Shown one piece after another: positions 13,050 to 25,628 of a stretch of DNA of 64,000 nt. Source of the DNA: Macrostomum lignano (Eukaryota); assembly GCA_002269645.1 (NCBI GenBank), contig NIVC01000862.1, positions 186,001-250,000 on the forward strand. The letters are read 5' to 3'. The translations under genes and the position numbers were made by a program. How positions within the stretch are numbered: position 1 is the first letter of the stretch; the number at the start of each line of letters is the position of its first letter. The notes beneath the pieces are model-generated. The model did not search any database, was not told where the DNA came from, and saw only the letters and a program-made list of their open reading frames with translations.

Positions 13050-14829
13050 TTTCAACTTTTCTTGACTTCTTGCGTACTGAGGCCAGCTCAAAACGCCAGA
13101 GGCAATTTTTTATGCTTTTTATCGCAACTCATACGTCTTACTACAGCTGCAGCTTTGTTGGCATTGGCTAGCGGTGGGGCTACACTTGTGTCCATGTGGC
13201 CAATTGGTCTGCGGCTTGACCTGCATGCACTGCATTGGACGGGGCTCGAGTGCGTATGCTTATGTTTGTTTATTCCGGCATGGTGATTTTATCCATTTCT
13301 GTACAACTCACAGTTGAGGGGAGCCAGGGGTAAAGGCCCGTTTGCTGTCTATTTCTCTCCCCTCTCTCCCTCTCAATCTTTGCCTGCAAACCATTGTACT
13401 CGCGTTACGCTTTGATGGATAAAGTGAATGGAAAACTTTTCGTTTTATAGTTTAAGCATGGCTTCCATCGCAGCCAAGTATTTGAATTCACAAGTAGTAC
13501 TGGCGGCAGCATGGCTTGAGTCCTTAACTCTGGTATTTTGATGTCTTCTGAAAGCTAAAGCCCATGGGCATCCTTCCTTCTCTTGGTTTGTCGGTTTTCT
13601 GGGGATCTCGTGCATTATTGCCCGCAAGTCGAATCATGTATGGTGTACAGTGGCCTTGATTTCTCATCGTCAGACAGTATCACACACGCTCTGTGCCTTG
13701 AAGATTGGTCCTTACCCCATGAATCCCAAGAAAATTCATGAAAAGTAAGTTTTAGTGCACGAGCCAAAAAAGTTATGTCGCCAAGTTTGGAATCGAACTG
13801 CAGAGCTTCTATAAGCCCCCTTTGCCATGTCAGGGGGGGGTCTTTCTCGAAACTTGCGTAAGTTCTATGGTAAGTTCGATCTTAAGTTAAAACTTTACGC
13901 TCTGCGTAAGACCGTAAGTTGTTTTCGAGAAAGACCACCCAAGTCCCCTGTCTTGGCTGGATACTGCACAAATTAAGACAATTTTTCTCTCTGGCAGACA
14001 GCTTCTGTGCATCCAAAAGAAGTAACCCATGCAGATGGCAGTAGTTTAGTTTTAATTCCATTTTTTCGCTAAGCAAGTTTCTGCAAAGGATGCAGCTGTA
14101 GTTTCTGCCACTGTCCATTGTCCTTTACTGGCCCCACTGTCCTCCTTCCCCTTCCGCTTTTCTCCAAACCCGCCAAGTCCTCCCCAAAGCGTCGCGGTCC
14201 GGCACTTTAAGTGAATAGCGCAACTTTTTTCAGAAAGATTTGCCACCAATTGTTTCGTTTCGCATCCAAGGAAATCTTGAAACAATAATCTGGGGTAGAG
14301 CTCTTTCCCAAACCATAACTTTCATAATTTAGTAGTTCACGACATTTAAAGCGAGATCAACCAACAGATACTAGAATCTGTGGATCAACCGTACCGGTCA
14401 AAATTGAGTTGACCAAGCAGAAGTTACGATAACTTTATTAAAAACAACGCAAACACTTCCCTATTTGCCGAGCGTTGAACTAAAAATCTGCCGGCAGCCG
14501 TATTGCATCGGGGATTGATGAGTGTTCGGGGAAGAGCTGTGGCACTTCAGATCCTTGTTCAAGGCATCCTTGGCTCATCCATTCCCCGCGCGAAGAGCAG
14601 GTCCCAGTCCCAGAGATGACTGTGGGAAAATATGAAAGCAAAAGTTTCCGCGCCAGAGGCTGCTACTCAGCTTGCATGCATCTTGAACAAAATTACGCCT
14701 AGATGGATTCCAAAGTAAAAAATTCAGAAGGTATTTTAATGAATCAAAACTGTTAGATTAAATTTAAAATTACTTTAATGTTTGTTAAATATTGCAAATC
14801 TTGAAAAGCAAAGCTTGAATTTCAGGAAA

Positions 14830-15250
14830 ACACGATTGTTTTGTATCGGTAATCAAATTTGTTGACTTGGTGCTGGCGCCCCCATTGCTTAGTAGCCACC
14901 AGAACACTACTCAAATAAACAACAGCCTCAAAAATGCGAGTCTCCACCGAAAAGTCCTGGCTCCTTAACGATTGCAATAAAGTTTTTGACACCCTGGCGA
15001 CATTACGTCTCACAACGTGCCCATTGCGCTGACTCCTGAGAACTTACAAGCGCGCCAATAAGGGCTGGAATCGCTCGACAACCCCATAGTGAGCCACCAG
15101 GGCTCACTACACTGGCATGGACCTATACCCAGTCAGTCAATGATGCAACTATATGCTTTACATTTCAGGTGAGCGAGGATTAACCACCAGTGTCCCAGCA
15201 GAAGGCCTCTCCTCTTGCCTCCTCAACTCCTCAGAATTTTCTGCTTCCAA
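14830..15250 (-). mobile_element. Decayed RTE-like LINE reverse-transcriptase fragment
   Basis: LLQSLRSQDFSVETRIFEAVV..SVL resembles the post-RT region of RTE elements. Many stops. Confidence 0.4.
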
Positions 15251-15889
15251 AGCGAAAAAGTTTCTGACGCGCTTCAGTGCGTTGGCTCAATGACCCTAGC
15301 TACATGGCCAATTCTCGTCTGCTTGCCACAGGGTCTGCAATGACGCCGCAGATTCAATGAAAACTACGAAAGAGTTTTGTATTGCAATTCGCTTAAGTTG
15401 AAAAGATTTGGAGCTTTTCTGTCTTATGCAATAAATATTTTTTGTTTTAAACTTTAAACCCTAAACTCTCTACTTACTTTGAAAAATTTAGTAAGATAGA
15501 TGCATCTATTAGCTCAAATAATTTACATTGAACTCAACGCATTAAAATAAAACATTACCACGGAATATTTGCACTACTTTAGTTGCCAATGGGCAAATCA
15601 AGTTTTAAACCCGAAATTTTGTAGATGCGACCTGTGCTTTCTGCTATTTGATTTAAACCGGTGTTTGTTGATCAGCTAAACCTTCAATATGCAAAAAAAT
15701 TGTAAATTTCTTAAGGCTCTTTACTTAAAATTATTTTCACTGGAAAATTTCATTTCAAAAGATCCATTGTAGAGATTGATAGAGATCGCAGCAAACGCAC
15801 AAAGGCTTTATATGATCGGAAGTACAAGAGTTAATTCAAGGTACTAATAATAACAAAAAATCCTATCGCAATAACGCCGAGAGAAGAGG

Positions 15890-16150
15890 TTGAGACCGTC
15901 CTGCAGTTCAAATCGAGGCGCACGCTGGCCTGCTGCGCGCCGCCTTTTAGATCCGCGACGAGCGAGTTTGCAGCGCGGCACTGTATCGCCGCGCCGGCCT
16001 GGTCCGACCCACCGATCTGTTGCGCCGTCGGCGACTCCAGCTGGCAGGCCACATCATCTGCGCCGAGTCGAACTGCTGGAGGCGCTGCTACTGACGCCAC
16101 GGACACCCACGGAACTGACAGGCGCGCACTCGGCGTTTTTTCGACTGCCT
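15890..16150 (+). mobile_element. RTE-like LINE 3' fragment
   Basis: LYRRAGLVRPTDLLRRRRLQLAGHIICAES; same family as 25359..25628. Confidence 0.7.
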
Positions 16151-18293
16151 GCTGCCTGATTCTGGCGCCCCGGATTTCGTCGGTGTAGCGGTCTGTCTTC
16201 GCGACCAAGCCGTGAGACAAGCCCTGTGAAGCTTTTTGTGATTATTAAGATCTTATCTGACATTGCATTTTGCTGGTGTTGCTGTTTAATAACTTGAGAA
16301 TCAAGTTAACAATCAAGCGAAGACTTACAGCTCAAAAATGCGGCAAAATTGATAGGTTTGGCTGCACATAATTGCTTGCACTTCGCCCGCTCAGCCGCCT
16401 GTCTCCGCTGAGTTTGTATCATAGAGCTGGGAGTTTTTCCGAGGTGAAATCTCAGACTCAAGTGGCTCATTCGACTTCAAACGAACGGAGTCACAAGGTC
16501 TTGCGCACATTGGCGCACTGGGGATTCCCTGCCTATAAATACCTTGCTCGTTAATCTGCAAATCTGCACTCGGTGCTGTATTCGCTCGTCTTAGTTATAA
16601 CGTTCCGACATAAGCTCACATCACCAAAGGCCGAGACCAGACAGACTGGTGGCAGTACTACCTACGCTACTGAGAGAGAGCTTTCGAGAAGCAGCAACTG
16701 CGAAAGCCAAAGGCACAGCGTGAGTACCTGTTACTTTGGTGGCAGCGGTGGGATTTGAAGACCTACCAGGCCACACCCGAGACACACTCCTCTACTTAAG
16801 AATAGTTCGCCAGAAATTTTCTTGATTGCCATTTTTCAGTAGGAAAATAGCCTGGAAAAAGGACTCAGAAACATTAAATCGATGTCCAAGCTCGTACGTG
16901 CGAGTACAACACAGCTTTGAATGTTTGAGCGAATTTCGACGGGTATCCGTAGCGCCTTGGGCCCCATAAGGGGCCAACCTAAAAGGCACAGAATGTGTAC
17001 ATGGATGGCAATGAGAAATTCAAAACCGCTGTACACCGCGTGTGAGCGCTAGTGCTCGCTTCCGTATCCATGTGCTTGCTGAAGGGTCAGAGAGATGGGC
17101 ATGACTGATGTTTTATCTTTGTCTGCTGTCACCTTGTGACAGTTCCCAAAGCCCCTTGGCCAACAAGAATAACAAAAGTTATGGCTATATACGAGCGTAC
17201 ACGGACAGAAGAACCTGTGATTTTCATCTGACGCAACCAAACACACAGCCACAGTGAGAAATCTTAGCATTCTTGGTAATTTCAGTGTTAATTGAGAAAA
17301 ATATATTCATCTCTGTTTAATATTTTTCGAATTTTATTTTAGATTAAAAACTGCCCAGAAATTCTCTCTAGTCATATCAGTTGTAGATGAAGTCCAGCAT
17401 AAATGAGAGAGCGCTTGCGCTGCTAAATGCAATCATTAATACAATGCAATCTGTCAAATCCTAACCCTTCTCAAAACAAAGTCCTCTGTTGTTTCAAGCC
17501 ATAGCTCAGATACTCGTAAAGGGGCAGATTTTTGCAATATGCTACTGTCGTTAGTAAAGTGCTCGAATTAGAATCCGTAGAAACTACTACACGAATGCGG
17601 CCCATATAGTGGAACAAAGCGCCATATTTTAGTCTGAATCTTTTTTTTACTTAAACTATATTTTACATGACAAAAAACTCTGACAATTAAATTTTAACTA
17701 CTTTTTATTACCTTTTAGGACTTAGGACCAGAATTACTACTACTTTTTCACCTGTCTCGTTTATTTCATTTTCGATTGACAACGAAACGTTTCACACGTT
17801 CACACGTTCAGCAATGTCAGTTGAGGCGAAAGTCCCTAACAATCCATAGTTGGAATTAGTCGAAATTCAGTTTTATTGAAGAATGCAAAATAATTTTCAC
17901 ATGTAAAGAACTTGAAAAGTTTAAAAAAAATTAAATTTGAAAATTGCATTATAATAAAAATTTCCTTTTTAAAAATTAAATACAGACAAGTCTACGAGTA
18001 TCAGAGCTGAAATATAAAATTATCGTTTTTGTCTTTGTGTTGGAGATAAAATAAACACATTCGTTAATAAAACTTTTAAGACGTATAAAAAAACAATTTA
18101 ATGAATCCTATATACTAAAATGAGTATTCATAGGCTGGTTGTTTAATTTCTATAAGTTTGCTGAATTTATCGATGCTTTCATTCGTCTTTTCAGCAATTA
18201 GCTGCATGCGTGGCGTCAAAAAATGACACTAGAATCATTGCTCAGCCACAATCTGTTCGAACTAAGAGTGATGCCGCAGAATTTTAGTATACC

Positions 18294-19030
18294 TCAACTT
18301 CGCACAAAAGCAGGTGATTTGTGACGACTTTGAACTCGAACTCGGCTCCCGAAGGCGACGTTGCAGCTGAAGTTGGCCACGGAGAACGGCATCGTCAGGT
18401 TCACTCGGTTGCACTCGACGCCGTCCACCTGCACCGAGAATTTGTTGAGCCACTCCTGACAGCACTGCTGCCTGTTGTAGATGGTGACATACTTGATCAA
18501 AGTAGCGTTGACCAATTCCACTTCCCACCACTCGTTTGGACCATTTTGCGTGATGCTGCAGAGTGCCGTCAGCTGCGACCTGTTTCCGTCAATCGCGCTC
18601 TCGCAACCGCTTAGGTAATTCGAATTGTAGTACGTGAAGCTTTGGGTGCAGTTGGCTGCTCTCTTCTTCTGGGGCACTGAAAATTTCAATACGGCAATAC
18701 AAAACCACATCTCTATGTTATAGATATGAGTCGACATTTTTACTTACTAGGTAGAATAAAAGCGTCGCAGTTGTTGCAGAACGTCCAGGCATTCTCATAG
18801 GAGCTAATGTTAAAAAGACCGCAAAGATTTTGCAGCCAATTAAAGCCAAAGCAGCCAGTAGTTTCAGCGCATTTCATAGCGCAGTCGATCGCACTGAAGC
18901 CGGGCACGGACTTGGCGACCGCCGGAGCCACGGATGTACCCATTTTTACCACTTGAAAAACGGGATCCTGAGTTGACGGTCGAGCAGCCAGGATGACCAC
19001 CAAAGCTAAGAGTAGAGTTTTCGAGGACAT
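18294..19030 (-). CDS. Locus E: paralog of D with a C-terminal frameshift (possibly non-functional)
   Basis: Exons 18748..19030 and 18294..18676. A 2-nt deletion relative to D (AGTCTCGTC to AGTCGTC) removes the last strand ILCEVEVY. Has CSIT / RQQCCQEW. Confidence 0.8.
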
Positions 19031-19812
19031 TTTCAATTTTTCCTGACTAATTCCGTGCTGAGGCCAGAAGAATTTTTTTACGCTTTTTATCCCAACTCAT
19101 ACGACTGTCTACAGCTGCAGCTGTTGTCATTGGCTAGCGGTGGGGGGGGCTAAAGTTGTGTACAACTAGCTTTTCGGCTTGACCGGCATGTACTGCATCT
19201 GATCAGGCTCGAGTGCGTATGCTTATGTTTGCTGATGTTGGCATGGTGATTTTCTTCATTTTTTATAGCTCCAAACTTTAACTATTAGTTTAGGAGAGCT
19301 ACATGTAGGGGTGAGCCGTGTCACTGGCTTGCTTCTCTCCCCTCTCTTCCCTCAATTTGCCTCAAATAATTTTATTAGCATCACGGAAAAAGTAAATGGA
19401 AAATTTTCTTTCATAGACAGCAAGCAAGTCTTTGCATTTGTTGTGCGCCCTTTTCCTCAGGAGCGCTGGCCTGCAGCCTAACCTGTTGGGAAGTTGCGAC
19501 CCACAGGTTCCCAGTCAGAGTTCTCGGCCTACGTCCGATGGAGAAGCAGAGAAAGAAAATGAACTTACTTAAATGAAAAAATTCCTTAGTTATTGTAGTT
19601 AGCGCCAAGTTCATCTCGCCATTCGGGATCGAACTTCAGAGCAGCTAAGCTTTCATGGCTGGATATTGCACAAATTAGGACAAATTTTTCTCTCTGACAG
19701 ACAGCTTCTGTAAGTCCCGAAGAAGTAACCCATGCGGGAGGCTACAGTAGCTTAAGCTGAAATTTTATTTTTCTCTTTAAGCAAGTTTTCTGCTATGGGT
19801 TTTGTTTTTTTG

Positions 19813-20009
19813 CCACTGTCCATTGTCCTCCATTGTCCTCCACTGTCCTTCAGTGTCCTCCACTGTCCTCCACTGTCCTCCACTGTCCTCCACTGTCCTT
19901 CACTGTCCACCACTGTCCTCCACTGTCCTCCACTGTCCTCCACTGTCCTCCACTGTCCTTCACTGTCCTCCACTGTCCTCCACTGTCCTCCACTGTCCTC
20001 CACTGTCCT
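19813..20009. repeat. 10-bp minisatellite (CCACTGTCCT)n, about 19 units
   Basis: Directly visible. The ORFs over it (STVLHCPPL / GQWRTVEDSG repeats) are by-products. Confidence 0.95.
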
Positions 20010-20455
20010 TTTTCCCTTACGATTTTCTCAAAACCCGCCAATCCCACGCATCCAAGGAAATCTTGCACCAGAATTTGGAGTGAAGCTCTTCCCCAAAGCA
20101 TCACTTTCTAGACACGCAGTTTTTTCAGCTTCATTTTGCACTAACCGACTTGATACGAGTGCTGAATCATTAGTGCTACAACTTAATATCAGTTTGAAAT
20201 CGAAATTTATTATTGGCTATAATTTCTTTTTAGTCTCCGAGTATTTTACAAAAAAATTCGGGAAAACTCTCTCAAAGATCTCGTGAAGCCGTTTGCTTGG
20301 TGAGTAAAATAAAATTAAGTTTATCAGTGCTTTTTAAATTATTAGACTTGTTTTTCTAGCAAAGACAATCTACTTGTAACACAACTTGTCAACGCGTTGT
20401 AAAGTTTTACTGTTTTAAAATTCTTTCGAATAACTGATTACACCTGCCTAATGGG

Positions 20456-20551
20456 TTCAGTCGCAGCTATTGCGCGGCACATCTGAAGGCTGCGTTCAGT
20501 CCAAGGACTGGAGGGTCGCCACACACACCTTCAATTACCTAGCTAATGCTG
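20456..20551 (-). mobile_element. 3' fragment of the CORE-type SINE family, inverted relative to the adjacent copy
   Basis: Matches 43072-43180 nearly base for base (gcagctattgcgcggc..atctgaaggctgcg..ttcagtccaag..caattacc.agctaatgctg). Confidence 0.75.
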
Positions 20552-20558
20552 ATATAGG

Positions 20559-20800
20559 AGGGGTTCTAGCCCAGTGGTTAGAGCGTCGAACTCACGACTT
20601 GAAAGTCAGGGGTTCGATTCCCGATCCCACTGGAGCAATTTGTGTCCTTGAGCAAGGCAATTAACTTGACTCTGCATTGCTTCAGTTCACCCAGCTGTAA
20701 AATGGGTAACAGTGTAGAAACGAACAGCCGTGCGCAGTCTTCAGTTGCGCCAAGCAATAGCTGCGGCTGAGCTGTGGGTTGCGCACATCTGGCCCAGTTT
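20559..20800 (+). mobile_element. tRNA-derived CORE-type SINE
   Basis: A box TAGCCCAGTGGTTAGAGC and B box GGTTCGATTCC, then TGTGTCCTTGAGCAAGGCAATTAAC...CAGCTGTAAAATGGG resembling the MIR/CORE domain. A second copy is at 43030..43320. Confidence 0.8.
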
Positions 20801-22084
20801 TCTCATGCCAAGCACAGATTGCTACTAGTAGCGGGACGCCCTTGATAACTCCAGGAGTTCCAGCTTGGACTTGGTTGGTCTGCTTTTCTGTGCATCAGAA
20901 ATCGAAAAAAATGCTTTTCTTCCGCAATGCGCAACCGTTTGTGCCGTGCAATACTTCTTGCTTTCTCATATCTGCAAAACAGGAAAGCAGGATCTGAACA
21001 AAGCATGATGCTCAACCGCCAACCGATGCTGATGCTGATCCGCCTTTGGTGAGCTGCTTAACCAGCTTTTCAGGGCGGGCGTGCCCATGTCGTTCTCCTT
21101 GGAGACCGCGTCCCATTGTACCACAGCAACTAAAGCTAAGCGGGGCTTACTACCACTTGAGCTTTTGATTCTTTTAAAAGAGTATTTAATCTTTGCGTCA
21201 GGTGCAACATCACATCAAAGTTTTGAGAATAGCTTGTTTAGTATGCTTACTTGGCAAAATTGGGAGACTTTTTTCGATTCCTTAGAGAATGGAATGTGAC
21301 AAGACCGATTGAGCTGAAACTTGCTAATTTATTATCGATCTGGCTTAGCATTAGTAATCTAATCTCGAGTTCCAAAACTGATGGTTGTTTCAACAATACG
21401 ATGGCAAAATATTTTCTCATATCTGAATATTCGATATTACGGACAGACGTCCTGGATAACTTTATCAAGTGTATTTTGGCTAATGCTAAATGGGATGAAT
21501 TAATTAAAAAACTGGTTCCGAAAACTGTTAATAAGACGCTTTTTTCTATTAAGAAAACTTTAGCGGTTCAAGTAGCAGGCCATTTTAGCCGACTGGATGC
21601 TGAGAAGCCGCGAAACAGCAGAGAAGCTGGTTTTTCAGAGCCGCGTCAAGACATCAGTGGAACTGCTGCAACCAGTGGTGACGACAATGTACAAAAGCGC
21701 ATAATAAAACTCAAGCGAGGTAGCAAAGGCCGTCAAAGTGTTTGAACTCGTGAAAAAAATCGCCTCGCAGAGTATAATGTTTCAGATTTGATGGACAGCT
21801 GAAAATTCACAAGAATTCAGAGATTTGCGTTACACTGCTGACTTTTTTTAACTGTCCGACGAAGGAGAATCTGCCAAATTCTTTTCAGAGTTGAAAAGCA
21901 CCTACGCGACTCTTGTTCAAGCCTATGCCAAACCATTTGACAATCCTGACCATCTGACCAAAACAGATTTTGTTCTTTGTTTTGGATGAGTCTTTTATCC
22001 CAATGGGGAATCAAGCTCTTTCTGAGCAGCACATTTTTTTCTAAAACTCCTCATTAAGGATCCTTTGACTACACTAAGCCGGAA

Positions 22085-22270
22085 GGGGGGCCGTAGCCCA
22101 GCGGTCTAGCGCAGGCTCTGGTGTGCCAGCGACCCAGGCTCGATTCCAAGTGCAGTCACATTAATTTGGGGCTAAATTGGAATCTCGGCTTGGCTCTGCT
22201 CGTGCAATTAACGGCCTTGAGAGCCAACCCCCCAAGGCCCAGTGAAGTGTACATGCCTAACGATAAAATA
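22085..22270 (+). mobile_element. Probable tRNA-derived SINE of a second family
   Basis: TAGCCCAGCGGTCTAGC (A box) and GGCTCGATTCC (B box). No complete cloverleaf. Confidence 0.5.
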
Positions 22271-24134
22271 AAGTTAGGGCCGCTGTACACTCCTGAGTGA
22301 GTGTGTGCCTGCGTACGTATCCGCGCGCTTGTATGCCTGCTCAGGGGAGTCGGCGGAATGGGCAGTAATGCCTCTCGCCGGTTGTGTGTTGATGTCGCTT
22401 AAAGTGCGCCAGGGTGCACACAACCCCCCTGCCTCTAGTAAAAAAACGACACAAAGCTGGAATACTCTTATTTGTGCACTTCTCCAGTCTGCAGTGTTAA
22501 TGTTATTTCCATTCCACTTGGGCTGCTCACGGCACCAATTTTCAACAGTGCAAGTCCAGACCTAGTTAATACGGCCCGGCAGGTCAGCATGTTCAGTGCG
22601 CCTCTTTGGCAGGTCCTTACGAAAATCAGCAAAGTATAGCGCGAATCAACGGCTGGTCACAGAGGAGGTGGGCAAAATTGCAGGATGTTTGCTAAACAGC
22701 TCAGCTGATAATAAATTTACTCATGATTACCAAGAAAGACCTACAGACTCCTCTTTCAGCAAACATTTGAACGTAGAAAATTTTGAAGCTTCAAATTAAA
22801 CGATGGCACCAGCTAGTATCAGTCTTGAAAATATTCAAACTAAACGCTCGCAAGCAGACAATGCAAGTAAGTTGCGGCTTCCTGAAAGCAACCGGATGCA
22901 ACTCCCATCTCATATGCACGCCTTTGTGAATCTACAAATCCTAGAGCTGGCCACCAAGGCATTCATTGAGCTGAGCAACTCCAGCCAAACCGAAGACGGT
23001 CTCTGCTCAACCGGATCTGCGGACCAAAACCAGCTCAGTCAGAGATGCTTTTTGCACTGGCAGCACAGCTCGCGTACAGACAGATAATAAAAATTTGGAA
23101 AGGCAAATATTTCGAACCCCAAGACATTACCCAATTCAGAGTTGACAGCGTCATGTCTCACAACAAGGAGTTTGCCTAGTCCTTCAACTGCAGGGCGTCA
23201 AGCAGGATGAACCGGACCGATAAGTGCTCCTATTGGAAGACTTGAGCTGAGGTATAGTGTTTTGACTATTGCTAAAAACTGGTAAAAATCTAAACATTAA
23301 GCACAACAATGTTAAGCAAACAGTTAAATAATAAACGGAAGAGTTTAAAAGCAAATAAAATCTATTCAGCTTTGATTATTTAAAAGTGTGTTCTTTAATT
23401 ACAATATTCCTCACATACAAGATTGGAACAAAAATTACAGGCTGAGTCTGAATTCGTCAATAAGCTCTTATTGGAAAAGTTACTAGTCATAACAGAAGTT
23501 ACTAGTCAGTAGAGAATGTGCAGGAAATAACGCGATAACGCGATACATGCATCCTAAGCTTCTAAGCCTTGCTATGCAGAAGATATCAGAGTGCTGCACA
23601 AAAGACAGGAATATGAGAAGTACAGCAGAATGAACCAGAAGAAGGATAAGAAAAAAAGAGACTCAGTAGTGTTATACAACCAACAAGCTGGAATAGCAAA
23701 GCTATATAAATCAAAAAGGCTGCCAGACAAAGCAAACATTTACCAGATCATGCGCAAACCCAAAAGCTGTTTAGCAGATCACTTTCAGTATTTGGTTAAA
23801 ACCTCATGACAAGGAGTAGAAAAAGCTTAAGGATTGACTGATCAATAATCCTACATACGATTTTATAATCGATAATTGTGTTTCAGCTAAAACATCAAGT
23901 AATGAGAGCACTAAGTGCTTTTAAGCTACAGCATAAAAACCCTTTATTTTTACTGAACAAAATACACGTTATGTAGATAAACGTAAAACTGTTAGTTACA
24001 TTCTTTCTCTACTAGAGTTAATTGTTTTAAGCTTTGGCGGAAAGCTTTGAATTAAATTCCAAAGTCAGTTAGTAAATTATGGTAAAATTTTTATCAACTT
24101 CATTCCAATCAGACCACCTGGTTTCATCTTCTCC

Positions 24135-24933
24135 TCACTTGTAGAATCCAAAGGCTTCAAACTCGCAGATAGTGAGGCTATCATCTTTGAGGCTCAATAT
24201 TCGAACTCGGCTGCCGTAAGCATTGCAGCTAAAGTTGGCCACGGAGAACGGCAGTCTCAGGCTCACTCGGTTGCACTCGACGCCGTCCACCTGCAGCGAG
24301 AATTTGTTGAGACGGTGAGCGCAGCAGTCCTGTCTGCTGTAATTGGTGACGAAAGAGACATGAGCAGCAATCCGCAGCTTAGCCTCCCACCAGGCTGGAA
24401 ACATTTCCGGTCGCTCGCTTGTGTGAGAGCAGGATCCGTACTTGAAGTTTTGCTAGGCATCTCCATTGATGGCGCGCACACAGGAGGCGTCGCGTCGCTG
24501 CGAACTTTGCTGGCAGCCAGAGAAGTCAAGCTGTTGCAATTCCGCATTGTCTACTGGGATTCGAAAGGAAGGGAGTTTCAGTTATAAGCTAATTAAAGGA
24601 GACAAAATAATTACGTCGGACAGCAGAAGCCTTACCGAGTGGCCGAGAGTATAGGTCGCAACTGGCCGATGGATGCCAGGCCTTGGTTCTATACGCTGTC
24701 CGGTTGAAGAATCGGCACAGATGCAGCAACCAGCTGAATCCGTAGCAGTTGGGTATTTTTGAGCAGTGCTCAGCGCACAACAGTCTGTCTAGAGCGGCAG
24801 ATCCGATGGAGGCTGGCGCGATTAAACTGCGCTGTTTAAAACGCTTGAATGTAACCTGCTGCTGCGATACGTCACCAAGCAGAACTGTGCCACAGAGTAG
24901 CAGGGAAATAACTTTATTAAAGTTACTAGCCAT
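24135..24933 (-). pseudogene. Locus F: PAN + F-type lectin gene with one premature stop
   Basis: Exons 24636..24933 and 24135..24553 splice in frame (phase 1, 82-nt intron). TAG at 24453-24455 in AINGDA*QNF. Otherwise retains CSHT and RQDCCAHR. Confidence 0.85.
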
Positions 24934-25358
24934 TTGCTTACTACCTTGATATAACCTGCTGAACAGGATTCGGTACAAATATTCAGCTTTTAAAGCTAAC
25001 TTTTCACGTATCAGTGAGACTTCTTAGAATTTAAGTGCGCGATGGCTTTCATTGGCTGTTGCCTGATCACTCACGCGAAATAGCCGTCAATCATGAATCC
25101 TTAGTAAAAGTGCATCTGTAGAAAAAATAAATGTTAAACGTCGTTTTTTTCCAAACTAAATGACTATCTAACTAGTATTTTATTAACCAGCAAATGCTTG
25201 ACATGCTTTATAAGGGCTGGAAACAACGTATCGATTTTACCTTCAGTCGACCTTCTCGAAAAACTTTTGGTCGACGCGAATACAACGGATTAAATCTGTT
25301 CTATCAGACATCCCCCTGCATGCATGCCATCCACGATCTGCAGTGCCTAGTGGCGTAC

Positions 25359-25628
25359 AACAACAACAACAACAAAATACGCTGTCAGGATGGCAAAAGT
25401 CAGCGTCACAGGGCGCGCTTCATGGCTTGGGCGCGAACAAAGGCCGCGCCACCGGCAGTGTCCGGCGCGCCGGCGTCAGCCAGCAGACAGTCGACGTAAC
25501 GCCGAGTTCGCGCTTGACCTCGCCGGTAGGGTGCCTGCAGCGTGAGCAGCAGCACCTCCTGCACCGGCTGTGGGCAGTACGACTCGGCGCGGATGAGATG
25601 GCCTGCGAGCTGGAGTCGCCGACGGCGC
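25359..25628 (-). mobile_element. 5'-truncated RTE LINE copy with (TTG)n tail and 10-bp TSD
   Basis: LRRRRLQLAGHLIRAESYCPQPVQEVLLL...; plus-strand (AAC)n tail at 25359-25373; AGTGGCGTAC on both sides (25349-25358 and 25629-25638). Confidence 0.85.

Larger units (their letters stand above)
17483..20110. repeat. Tandem segmental duplicate of about 10990..14320 (carries locus E / locus D)
   Basis: Collinear similarity in the downstream flank, both exons, the 71-nt intron and about 1 kb upstream. The D copy has an extra ~0.55 kb near 11350-11910. Confidence 0.85.

Noticed and set aside
16792-17270. Signal-peptide-like, Cys-containing ORFs as a further PAN-lectin copy
   Set aside because: Cys spacing does not fit C-x3-C..CFGF..C and there are no FTL core motifs.
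20559-20633. Genuine tRNA gene
   Set aside because: A and B boxes are present but the acceptor and anticodon stems pair poorly, and it continues into a SINE body repeated at 43030-43320.
21080-22040. hAT transposase relic (AYLAKLGDFF.FL.E.N; FWMSL)
   Set aside because: Only two weak motif echoes across several frames. Needs a profile search to support.
22803-23087. Another lectin relic (APASI; SNSSQTEDGLCS)
   Set aside because: Lacks AIDG, CSHT, NR.DCC and splice signals, so the similarity could be chance.
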